DNA of 64,000 nucleotides from Balanoglossus misakiensis (lineage: Eukaryota; Animalia; Hemichordata). The translations under genes and the position numbers were made by a program. Below the pieces are notes generated by a model. The model had not been told where the DNA came from, did not search any database, and was given only the letters and a program-made list of their open reading frames with translations. Positions 15,001 through 28,450 of this stretch are shown here, one piece after another. The stretch's first letter is position 1. Every line of letters begins with the position of its first letter. Where the stretch lies: the NCBI GenBank assembly GCA_040954595.2, contig CM082598.2, positions 6,339,097-6,403,096 of the forward strand, in the 5' to 3' direction.

Positions 15001-18000
15001 TTTGCGAAATTTCAATATTTATCCATTTTTTGATAAAAATCATGGGTTATACCTCATGAAAATCACCCAAAAATGAAAATTTTTCGACTTTGCGAAATTT
15101 CAATATTTATCCATTTTTTGATAAAATCATGGGTTATAGCTCACGAAAATCATCCAAAAATGACAATTTTTCGACTTTGCGGAATTTCAATATTTACCCA
15201 TTTTTTTGATAAAAATCATGGGTTATACATATATGAAAATTACACAAAAATGACAATTTTTCGACTTTGCGAATTTTCAAAATTTCTTCATTTTTTGAAA
15301 AAATCATCAGTTATAGCTCATGAAAATCATCCAAAAATGACAATTTTTCGACTTTGCGAAATTTCAATATTTATCCATTTTTTGATAAAAATCATGGGTT
15401 ATAGCTCATGAAAATCATTCAAAAATGACAATTTTTCGACTTTGCGAATTTTAAATATTTATCAATTTTTTGATAAAATTCATGGGTTATAGCTTATGAA
15501 AATCACCCAAAAATGACAATTTTTCGACTTTGCGAAATTTCAACATTTATCCATTTATTGATAAAAATCATGGGTTATAGCTCATGAAAATCATCCAAAA
15601 ATGACAATTTTTTCGACTTTGCGAAATTTCATTATTTATTCATTTTTTGATAAAAATCATGGGTTATATATATATGAAAATTACACAAAAATGACAATTT
15701 TTCGACTTTGCGAATTTTCAAAATTTCTTCATTTTTTGAAAAAATCATCAGTTATAGCTCATGAAAATCATCCAAAAATGACAATTTTTCGACTTTGCGA
15801 AATTTCAATATTTATCCATTTTTTGATAAAAATCATGGGTTATAGCTCATGAAAATCATTCAAAAATGACAATTTTTCGACTTTGCGAAATTTCAATATT
15901 TATCCATTTTTTGATAAAAATCATGGGTTATAGGCTCATGAAAATCACCCAAAAATGAAAATTTTTTGACTTTGCGAAATTTCAATATTTATCCATTTTT
16001 TGATAAAAATCATGGGTTATAGCTCATGAAAATCACCCAAAAATGAAAATTTTTCGACTTTGCGAAATTTCAATATTTATCCATTTTTTGATAAAATCAT
16101 GGGTTATAGCTCACGAAAATCATCCAAAAATGACAATTTTTCGACTTTGCGGAATTTCAATATTTATCCATTTTTTTGATAAAAATCATGGGTTATACAT
16201 ATATGAAAATTACACAAAAATGACAATTTTTCGACTTTGCGAATTTTCAAAATTTCTTCATTTTTTGAAAAAATCATCAGTTATAGCTCATGAAAATCAT
16301 CCAAAAATGACAATTTTTCGACTTTGCGAAATTTCAATATTTATCCATTTTTTGATAAAAATCATGGGTTATAGCTCATGAAAATCATTCAAAAATGACA
16401 ATTTTTCGACTTTGCGAATTTTAAATATTTATCAATTTTTTGATAAAATTCATGGGTTATAGCTTATGAAAATCACCCAAAAATGACAATTTTTCGACTT
16501 TGCGAAATTTCAACATTTATCCATTTATTGATAAAAATCATGGGTTATAGCTCATGAAAATCATCCAAAAATGACAATTTTTTCGACTTTGCGAAATTTC
16601 AATATTTATCCATTTTTTGATAAAAATCATGGGTTATATATATATGAAAATTACACAAAAATGACAATTTTTCGACTTTGCGAATTTTCAAAATTTCTTC
16701 ATTTTTTGAAAAAATCATCAGTTATAGCTCATGAAAATCATCCAAAAATGACAATTTTTCGACTTTGCGAAATTTCAATATTTATCCATTTTTTGATAAA
16801 AATCATGGGTTATAGCTCATGAAAATCATTCAAAAATGACAATTTTTCGACTTTGCGAATTTTAAATATTTATCCATTTTTTGATAAAAATCATCGGTTA
16901 TAGCTCATGAAAATCACCCAAAAATGACAATTTTTCGACTTTGCGAATTTTCAATATTTATCCATTTTTTGATAAAAATCATGGGTTATAGCTCATGAAA
17001 ATCACCCAAAAATGACAATTTTTTGACTTTGCGAAATTTCAATATTTATCCATTTTTTGATAAAAATCATGGGTTATAGGCTCATGAAAATCACCCAAAA
17101 ATGACAATTTTTTGACTTGCGAAATTTGAATATTTATCCATTTTTTGATAAAAATCATGGGTTATAGCTCATGAAAATAACCCAAAAATGACCATTTTTC
17201 GACTTAGCGAAATTTCAATATTTATCCATTTTTTGATAAAAATCATGGGTTATAGGCTCATGAAAATCACCCAAAAATGAAAATTTTTTGACTTTGCGAA
17301 ATTTCAATATTTATCCATTTTTTGATAAAAATCATGGGTTATAGCTCATGAAAATCACCCAAAAATGAAAATTTTTCGACTTTGCGAAATTTCAATATTT
17401 ATCCATTTTTTGATAAAAATCATGGGTTATAGCTCACGAAAATCATTCAAAAATGACAATTTTTCGACTTTGCGAATTTTAAATATTTATCCATTTTTTG
17501 ATAAAAATCATCGGTTATAGCTCATGAAAATCACCCAAAAATGACAATTTTTCGACTTTGCGAATTTTCAATATTTATCCATTTTTTGATAAAAATCATG
17601 GGTTATAGCTCATGAAAATCACCCAAAAATGACAATTTTTTGACTTTGCGAAATTTCAATATTTATCCATTTTTTGATAAAAATCATGGGTTATAGGCTC
17701 ATGAAAATCACCCAAAAATGAAAATTTTTTGACTTTGCGAAATTTCAATATTTATCCATTTTTTGATAAAAATCATGGGTTATAGCTCATGAAAATCACC
17801 CAAAAATGAAAATTTTTCGACTTTGCGAAATTTCAATATTTATCCATTTTTTGATAAAATCATGGGTTATAGCTCACGAAAATCATCCAAAAATGACAAT
17901 TTTTCGACTTTGCGGAATTTCAATATTTATCCATTTTTTTTGATAAAAATCATGGGTTATACATATATGAAAATTACACAAAAATGACAATTTTTCGACT

Positions 18001-21000
18001 TTGCGAATTTTCAAAATTTCTTCATTTTTTTAAAAAATCATCAGTTATAGCTCATGAAAATCATCCAAAAATGACAATTTTTCGACTTTGCGAATTTTAA
18101 ATATTTATCAATTTTTTGATAAAATTCATGGGTTATAGCTTATGAAAATCACCCAAAAATGACAATTTTTCGACTTTGCGAAATTTCAACATTTATCCAT
18201 TTATTGATAAAAATCATGGGTTATAGCTCATGAAAATCATCCAAAAATGACAATTTTTTCGACTTTGCGAAATTTCAATATTTATCCATTTTTTGATAAA
18301 AATCATGGGTTATATATATATGAAAATTACACAAAAATGACAATTTTTCGACTTTGCGAATTTTCAAAATTTCTTCATTTTTTGAAAAAATCATCAGTTA
18401 TAGCTCATGAAAATCATCCAAAAATGACAATTTTTCGACTTTGCGAAATTTCAATATTTATCCATTTTTTGATAAAAATCATGGGTTATAGCTCATGAAA
18501 ATCATTCAAAAATGACAATTTTTCGACTTTGCGAAATTTAAATATTTATCCATTTTTTGATAAAAATCATCGGTTATAGCTCATGAAAATCACCCAAAAA
18601 TGACAATTTTTCGACTTTGCGAATTTTCAATATTTATCCATTTTTTGATAAAAATCATGGGTTATAGCTCATGAAAATCACCCAAAAATGACAATTTTTT
18701 GACTTTGCGAAATTTCAATATTTATCCATTTTTTGATAAAAATCATGGGTTATAGGCTCATGAAAATCACCCAAAAATGACAATTTTTTGACTTTGCGAA
18801 ATTTCAATATTTATCCATTTTTGATAAAAATCATGGGTTATAGCTCATGAAAATCACCCAAAAATGAAAATTTTTCGACTTTGCGAAATTTCAATATTTA
18901 TCCATTTTTTGATAAAATCATGGGTTATAGCTCACGAAAATCATCCAAAAATGACAATTTTTCGACTTTGCGGAATTTCAAAATTTATCAATTTTTTTGA
19001 TAAAAATCATGGGTTATACATATATGAAAATTACACAAAAATGACAATTTTTCGACTTTGCGAATTTTCAAAATTTCTTCATTTTTCGAAAAAATCATCA
19101 GTTATAGCTCATGAAAATCATCCAAAAATGACAATTTTTCGACTTTGCGAAATTTCAATATTTATCCATTTTTTGATAAAAATCATGGGTTATAGCTCAT
19201 GAAAATCATTCAAAAATGACAATTTTTCGACTTTGCGAATTTTAAATATTTATCAATTTTTTGATAAAATTCATGGGTTATAGCTTATGAAAATCACCCA
19301 AAAATGACAATTTTTCGACTTTGCGAAATTTCAACATTTATCCATTTATTGATAAAAATCATGGGTTATAGCTCATGAAAATCATCCAAAAATGACAATT
19401 TTTTCGACTTTGCGAAATTTCAATATTTATCCATTTTTTGATAAAAATCATCGGTTATAGCTCATGAAAATCATCCAAAAATGACAATTTTTCGACTTTG
19501 CGAAATTTCAATATTTATCCATTTTTTTGATAAAAATCATGGGTTATAGCTCATGAAAATCACCCAAAAATGACAATTTTCCGACTTTGCGAATTTTAAA
19601 TATTTATTTATTTTTTGATAAAAATCATGGGTTATATAGCTCATGAAATTCACCCAAAAATGACAATTTTTCGACTTTGCGAAATTTCAATATTTATCCA
19701 TTTTTTGATAAAAATCATGGGTTATAGCTCATGAAAATCACCCAACTATGACAATGTTTCGACTTTGCGAAATTTCAATATTTATCCATTTTTTTGATAA
19801 AAATCATGGGTTATAGCTCATGAAAATCACCCCAAAATGACAATTTTTCGACTTTGCGAAATTTCAATATTTATCCATTTTTTGATAAAAACCATGGGTT
19901 ATAGCTCATGAAAATCACCCAAAAATGACAATTTTTCGACTTTGCGAAATTTCAATATTTATCCATTTTTTGATAAAAATCATGGGTTATAGCTCATGAA
20001 AATCACCCAACTATGACAATGTTTCGACTTTGCGAAATTTCAATATTTATCCATTTTTTTGATAAAAATCATGGGTTATAGCTCATGAAAATCACCCCAA
20101 AATGAAAATTTTTCGACTTTGCGAAATTTCAATATTTATCCATTTTTTGATAAAAACCATGGGTTATAGCTCATGAAAATCACCCAAAAATGACAATTTT
20201 TTGACTTTGCGAAATTTCAATATTTATCCATTTTTTTGATAAAAATCATGGGTTATAGCTCATGAAAATCACCCAAAAATGAAAATTTTTCGACTTTTCG
20301 AAATTTCAATGTTTATCCATTTTTTGATAAAAATCATGGGTTATAGCTCATGAAAATCACCCAAAAATGACAATTTTTCGACTTTGCGAAATTTTAATAT
20401 TTATCCATTTTTTGATAAAAATCCTGGGTTATAGCTCATGAACATCACCCAAAAATGACAATTTTTCGACTTTGCGGAATTTCAATATTTATTCATTTTT
20501 TGAAGAAAATCATGGGTTATATATATATGAAAATTACACAAAAATGACAATTTTTCGACTTTGCGAATTTTCAAAATTTCTTCATTTTTTGAAATAATCA
20601 TCAGTTATAGCTCATGAAAATCATCCAAAAATGACAATTTTATCGACTTTGCGAAATTTCAATATTTATCTATTTTTTGATAAAAATCATGGGTTATAAC
20701 TCATGAAAATCACCCAAAAATGACAATTTTTTGACTTGCGAAATTTCAATATTTATCCATTTTTTGATAAAAATCATGGGTTATAGCTCATGAAAATAAC
20801 CCAAAAATGACCATTTTTCGACTTAGCGAAATGACAATTTTTGGACTTTGCGAAATTTCAATATTTATCCATTTTTTGACAAAAATCATGGGTTATTGCT
20901 CATGAAAATTACCCAAAAATGACAATTTTTTGACTTTGCGAAATTTCAATATTTATCCATTTTTTTTATAAAAATCATGGGTTATAGCTCATGAAAATCA

Positions 21001-24000
21001 TCCAAAAATGACAATTTTTCGACTTGCGAAATTTCAATATTTATCCATTTTTTGATAAAAATCATGGGTTATAGCTCATGAAAATCACCCAAAAATGACA
21101 ATTTTTTGACTTGCGAAATTTCAATATTTATCCATTTTTTGATGAAAATCATGGGTTATAGCTCATGAAAATAACCCAAAAATGACCATTTTTCGACTTA
21201 GCGAAATGACAATTTTTGGACTTTGCGAAATTTCAATATTTATCCATTTTTTGATAAAAATCATGGGTTATTGCTCATGAAAATTACCCAAAAATGACAA
21301 TTTTTTGACTTTGCGAAATTTCAATATTTATCCATTTTTTTTAATAAAAATCATGGGTTATAGCTCATGAAAATCACCCAAAAATGACAATTTTTTGACT
21401 TTGCGAAATTTCAATATTTATCCATTTTTTTGATAAAAATCATGGGTTATAGCTCATGAAAATCACCCAAAAATGAAAATTTTTCGACTTTTCGAAATTT
21501 CAATGTTTATCCATTTTTTGATAAAAATCATGGGTTATAGCTCATGAAAATCACCCAAAAATGACAATTTTTCGACTTTGCGAAATTTTAATATTTATCC
21601 ATTTTTTGATAAAAATCCTGGGTTATAGCTCATGAACATCACCCAAAAATAACAATTTTTCGACTTTGCGGAATTTCAATATTTATCCATTTTTTGAAAA
21701 AAATCATGGGTTATATATATATGAAAATTACACAAAAATGACAATTTTTCGACTTTGCGAATTTTCAAAATTTCTTCATTTTTTGAAAAAATCATCAGTT
21801 ATAGCTCATGAAAATCATCCAAAAATTACAATTTTTCGACTTTGCGAAATTTCAATATTTATCCATTTTTTGATAAAAATCATGGGTTATAACTCATGAA
21901 AATCACCCAAAAATGACAATTTTTTGACTTGCGAAATTTCAATATTTATCCATTTTTTGATAAAAATCATAGGTTATAGCTCATGAAAATAACCCAAAAA
22001 TGACCATTTTTCGACTTAGCGAAATGTCAATATTTATCCATTTTTTTCATGAAAATCATGGGTTATAACTCATGAAAATCATCCAAAAATTACAATTTAT
22101 TCGACTTTGCGAAATTTCAATATTTATCCATTTTTTGATAAAAATCATGGGTTATAGCTCATGAAAATCACCCAAAAATGAAAATTTTTTGACTTTGCGA
22201 AATTTCAATATTTATCCATTTTTTTATAAAAATCATGGGTTATAGCTCATGAAAATAACCCAAAAATGACAATTTTTCGACTTTGCGAAATGTCAATATT
22301 TATCCATATTTTGATAAAAATCATGGGTTAAAGCTCATGACATTCATCTAAAAATTACAATTTTTCGAGTTCGCGAAATTTCAATATTTATCCATTTTTG
22401 ATAAAAATCATGGGTTATAGCTCATGAAAATCACCCAAAAATGACAATTTTTCGACTTTGCGAATTTTCAAAATTTCTTCATTTTTTGAAAAAATCATCA
22501 GTTATAGGGATAGCTCATGAAAATCATCCAAAAATGAAAATTTTTCGACTTTGCGAAATTTCAATATTTATCCATTTTTTGATAAAAATCATGGGTTATT
22601 GCTCATGAAAATCACCCAAAAATGACAATTTTTCGACTTTGCGAAATTTCAATATTTATCCATTTTTTTTATAAAAATCATGGGTTATAGCTCATGAAAA
22701 TAACCCAAAAATGACAATTTTTCGACTTTGCGAAATGTCAATATTTATCCATATTTTGATAAAAATCATGGGTTATAGCTCATGACATTCATCTAAAAAT
22801 TACAATTTTTCGAGTTCGCGAAATTTCAATATTTATCCATTTTTGATAAAAATCATGGGTTATAGCTCAAGAAAATCACCCAAAAATGACAATTTTTTGA
22901 CTTTGCGAAATTTCAATATTTATCCATTTTTTTTATAAAAATCATGGGTTATAGCTCATGAAAATAACCCAAAAATGACAATTTTTCGACTTTGCGAAAT
23001 TTCAATATTTATCCATTTTTTGATAAAAATCATGGGTTATAGCTCATGAAAATCACCCAAAAATGAGAATTTTTCGACTTTGCGAATTTACAAAATTTCT
23101 TCATTTTTTGAAAAAATCATCAGTTATAGCTCATGAAAATCATCCAAAAATGACAATTTTTCGACTTGGCGAATTTTCAAAATTTCTTCATTTTTTGAAA
23201 AAATCATCAGTTATAGCTCATGAAAATCATCCAAAATGACAATTTTTCGACTTTGCGAAATTTCAATATTTATCCATTTTTTGATAAAAATCATGGGTTA
23301 TAGCTCATGAAAATCACCGAAAAATGAAAATTTTTTGACTTTGCGAAATTTCAATGTTTATCCATTTTTTGATAAAAATCGTTAGTTATAGCTCATGAAA
23401 ATCACCCAAAAATGACAATTTTTCGACGTTGCGAATTTTTAAAATTTCTTCATTTTTTTAAAAAATCATCAGTTATAGCTCATGAAAATCATCCAAAAAT
23501 GACAATTTTTCGACTTTGCGAAATTTCAATATTTATCCATTTTTTGATAAAAATCATGGGTTATTGCTCATGAAAATCACCCAAAAATGACAATTTTTTG
23601 ACTTTGCGAAATTTCAATATTTATCCATTTTTTTATAACAATCATGGGTTATAGCTCATGAAAATAACCCAAAAATGACAATTTTTCGACTTTGCGAAAT
23701 GTCAATATTTATCCATTTTTTGATAAAAATCATGGGTTGTAGCTCATGACATTCATCCAAGAATTACAATTTTTCGACTTTGCGAAATGTCAATATTTAT
23801 CCATTTCTTATAAAAATCATGGGTTGTAGCTCATGAAAATCCCCCAAAAATGACAATTTTTTCGACTTTGCGAAATTTCAATATTTATCCATTTTTTGAT
23901 AAAAATCATGGGTTATATATATATGAAAATTACACAAAAATGACAATTTTTTGACTTTGCGAAATTTCAATATTTATCCATTTTTTTGATAAAAATCATG

Positions 24001-27000
24001 GGTTATAGCTCATGAAAATCACCCAAAAATGAAAATTTTTCGACTTTTCGAAATTTCAAATGTTTATCCATTTTTTGATAAGAATCATGGGTTATAGCTC
24101 ATGACATTCATCTAAAAATTACAATTTTTCGAGTTCGCGAAATTTCAATATTTATCCATTTTTGATAAAAATCATGGGTTATAGCTCATGAAAATCACCC
24201 AAAAATGACAATTTTTCGACTTTGCGAATTTTCAAAATTTCTTCATTTTTTGAAAAAATCATCAGTTATAGGGATAGCTCATGAAAATCATCCAAAAATG
24301 ACAATTTTTCGACTTTGCGAAATTTCAATATTTATCCATTTTTTGATAAAAATCATGGGTTATTGCTCATGAAAATCACCCAAAAATGACAATTTTTTGA
24401 CTTTGCGAAATTTCAATATTTATCCATTTTTTTATAACAATCATGGGTTATAGCTCATGAAAATAACCCAAAAATGACAATTTTTCGACTTTGCGAAATG
24501 TCAATATTTATCCATTTTTTGATAAAAATCATGGGTTGTAGCTCATGACATTCATCCAAGAATTACAATTTTTCGACTTTGCGAAAAGTCAATATTTATC
24601 CATTTCTGATAAAAATCATGGGTTATAGCTCATGAAAATCACCCAAAAATGACAATTTTTCGACTTTGCGAATTTTCAACATTTCTTCATTTTTTGATAA
24701 AAATCATGGGTTATAGCTGATGAACATCACCCCAAAATGAAAATTTTTCGACTTTGCGAAATTTCAATATTTAACCATTTTTTGATAAAAATCATGGGTT
24801 ATAGCTCATGAAAATCACCCAAAAATTAAAATTTTTCGACTTTTCGAAATTTCAATGTTTATCCATTTTTTTATAAAAATCGTGGGTTATAGCTCATGAA
24901 AATCACCCAAAAATGACAATTTTTCGACTTTGCGAATTTTCAAAATTTCTTCATTTTTTGAAAAAATCATCAGTTATCATCATCCAAAAATGACAATTTT
25001 TCGACTTTGCGAAAGTTCAATATTTATCCATTTTTTGATAAAAATCATGGGTTATAGCTCATGAACATCACCCAAAAATGACAATTTTTGGAATTTGCGG
25101 AATTTCAATATTTATCCATTTTTTGATAAAAATCATGGGTTATATATATATGAAAATTACACAAAAATGACAATTTTTTGACTTTGCGAAATTTCAATAT
25201 TTATCCATTTTTTTGATAAAAATCATGGGTTATAGCTCATGAAAATCACCCAAAAATGAAAATTTTTCGACTTTTCGAAATTTCAAATGTTTATCCATTT
25301 TTTGATAAAAATCATGGGTTATAGCTCATGAAAATCACCCAAAAATGAAAATTTTTCGACTTTTCGAAATTTCAAATGTTTATCCATTTTTTGATAAAAA
25401 TCATGGGTTATAGCTCATGACATTCATCTAAAAATTACAATTTTTCGAGTTCGCGAAATTTCAATATTTATCCATTTTTGATAAAAATCATGGGTTATAG
25501 CTCATGAAAATCACCCAAAAATGACAATTTTTCGACTTTGCGAATTTTCAAAATTTCTTCATTTTTTGAAAAAATCATCAGTTATAGGGATAGCTCATGA
25601 AAATCATCCAAAAATGACAATTTTTCGACTTTGCGAATTTTCAAAATTTCTTCATTTTTTGAAAAAATCATCAGTTATCATCATCCAAAAATGACAATTT
25701 TTCGACTTTGCGATATTCAATATCCATTTTTTGATAAAAATCATGGGTTATAGCTCATGAACATCACCCAAAAATGAAAATGTTTCGACTTTGCGAAAGT
25801 TCAATATTTATCCATTTTTTGATAAAAATCATGGGTTATAGCTCATGAACATCACCCAAAAATGACAATTTTTGGAATTTGCGGAATTTCAATATTTATC
25901 CATTTTTTGATAAAAATCATGGGTTATATATATATGAAAATTACACAAAAATGACAATTTTTTGACTTTGCGAAATTTCAATATTTATCCATTTTTTTGA
26001 TAAAAATCATGGGTTATAGCTCATGAAAATCACCCAAAAATGAAAATTTTTCGACTTTTCGAAATTTCAAATGTTTATCCATTTTTTGATAAAAATCATG
26101 GGTTATAGCTCATGAAAATCACCCAAAAATGAAAATTGTTCGACTTTTCGAAATTTCAAATGTTTATCCATTTTTTGATAAAAATCATGGGTTATAGCTC
26201 ATGACATTCATCTAAAAATTACAATTTTTCGAGTTCGCGAAATTTCAATATTTATCCATTTTTGATAAAAATCATGGGTTATAGCTCATGAAAATCACCC
26301 AAAAATGACAATTTTTCGACTTTGCGAATTTTCAAAATTTCTTCATTTTTTGAAAAAATCATCAGTTATAGGGATAGCTCATGAAAATCATCCAAAAATG
26401 ACAATTTTTCGACTTTGCGAAATTTCAATATTTATCCATTTTTTGATAAAAATCATGGGTTATTGCTCATGAAAATCACCCAAAAATGACAATTTTTTGA
26501 CTTTGCGAAATTTCAATATTTATCCATTTTTTTATAACAATCATGGGTTATAGCTCATGAAAATAACCCAAAAATGACAATTTTTCGACTTTGCGAAATG
26601 TCAATATTTATCCATTTTTTGATAAAAATCATGGGTTGTAGCTCATGACATTCATCCAAGAATTACAATTTTTCGACTTTGCGAAATGTCAATATTTATC
26701 CATTTCTGATAAAAATCATGGGTTATAGCTCATGAAAATCACCCAAAAATGACAATTTTTTCGACTTTGCGAAATTTCAATATTTATCCATTTTTTGATA
26801 AAAATCATGGGTTATATATATATGAAAATTACACAAAAATGACAATTTTTTGACTTTGCGAAATTTCTATTTTTAGCCATTTTTTTGATAAAAATCATGG
26901 GTTATAGCTCATGAAAATCACCCAAAAATGAAAATTTTTCGACTTTTCGAAATTTCAAATGTTTATCCATTTTTTGATAAAAATCATGGGTTATAGCTCA

Positions 27001-28450
27001 TGACATTCATCTAAAAATTACAATTTTTCGAGTTCGCGAAATTTCAATATTTATCCATTTTTGATAAAAATCATGGGTTATATAGCTCATGAAAATCACC
27101 CAAAAATGACAATTTTTCGACTTTGCGAATTTTCAAAATTTCTTCATTTTTTGAAAAAATCATCAGTTATAGGGATAGCTCATGAAAATCATCCAAAAAT
27201 GACAATTTTTCGACTTTGCGAAATTTCAATATTTATCCATTTTTTGATAAAAATCATGGGTTGTAGCTCATGAAAATCACCCAAAAATGACAATTTTTCG
27301 ACTTTGCGAAATGTCAATATTTATCCATTTTTTGATAAAAATCATGGGTTGTAGCTCATGAAAATCACCCAAAAATGACAATTTTTCGACTTTGCGAATT
27401 TTCAACATTTCTTCATTTTTTGATAACAATCATGGGTTATAGCTGATGAACATCACCCCAAAATGAAAATTTTTCGACTTTGCGAAATTTCAATATTTAA
27501 CCATTTTTTGATAAAAATCATGGGTTATAGCTCATGAAAATCACCCAAAAATTAAAATTTTTCGACTTTTCGAAATTTCAATGTTTATCCATTTTTTGAT
27601 AAAAATCATGGGTTATAGCTCATGAAAATCACCCAAAAATGACAATTTTTCGACTTTGCGAATTTTCAAAATTTCTTCATTTTTTGAAAAAATCATCAGT
27701 TATCATCATCAAAAAATGACAATTTTTCGACTTTGCGATATTCAATATCCATTTTTTGATAAAAATCATGGGTTATAGCTCATGAACATCACCCAAAAAT
27801 GAAAATGTTTCGACTTTGCGAAAGTTCAATATTTATCCATTTTTTGATAAAAATCATGGGTTATAGCTCATGAACATCACCCAAAAATGACAATTTTTCG
27901 AATTTGCGGAATTTCAATATTTATCCATTTTTTGATAAAAATCATGGGTTATATATATATGAAAATCACCCAAAAATGACAATTTTTCGACTTTGCGAAT
28001 TTTCAAAATTTCTTCATTTTTTGAAAAAATCATCAGTTATAGCTCATGAAAATCATCCAAAAATGACAATTTTTCGACTTTGCGATATTCAATATCCATT
28101 TTTTGATAAAAATCATGGGTTATAGCTCATGAACATCACCCAAAAATGAAAGTTTTTCGACTTTGCGAAATTTCAATATTTATCCATTTTTTGATAAAAA
28201 TCATGGGTTATAGCTCATGAAAATCACCCAAAAATGACAATTTTTCGACTTTGCGAATTTTCAATATTTATCCATTTTTTGATAAAAATCATGGGTTATA
28301 GCTCATGAAAATCACCCAAAAATGAAAATTTTTCGACTTTGCGAATTTTCAATATTTATCCATTTTTTGATAAAAATCATGGGTTATAGCTCATGAAAAT
28401 CACCCAAAAATGACAATTTTTTGAGTTTGCGAAATTTCAATATTTATCCA
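1..28450. repeat. 88-bp AT-rich satellite array (~320 monomers; continues beyond the left edge of the window)
   Basis: Consensus AAAAATGACAATTTTTCGACTTTGCGAAATTTCAATATTTATCCATTTTTTGATAAAAATCATGGGTTATAGCTCATGAAAATCACCC (88 nt) repeated head-to-tail without spacers. The last partial unit ends ...TTTCAATATTTATCCA at 28450. Confidence 0.99.

Noticed and set aside
181-28125. Repeated 65-112 aa ORFs (MTIFRLCEISIFIHFLIK...)
   Set aside because: Chance read-through of satellite monomers. 88 is not a multiple of 3 and indels ignore frame.
1-28450. CRISPR-like array
   Set aside because: There are no unique spacers: the whole 88 bp repeats. No cas genes, and the context is eukaryotic.
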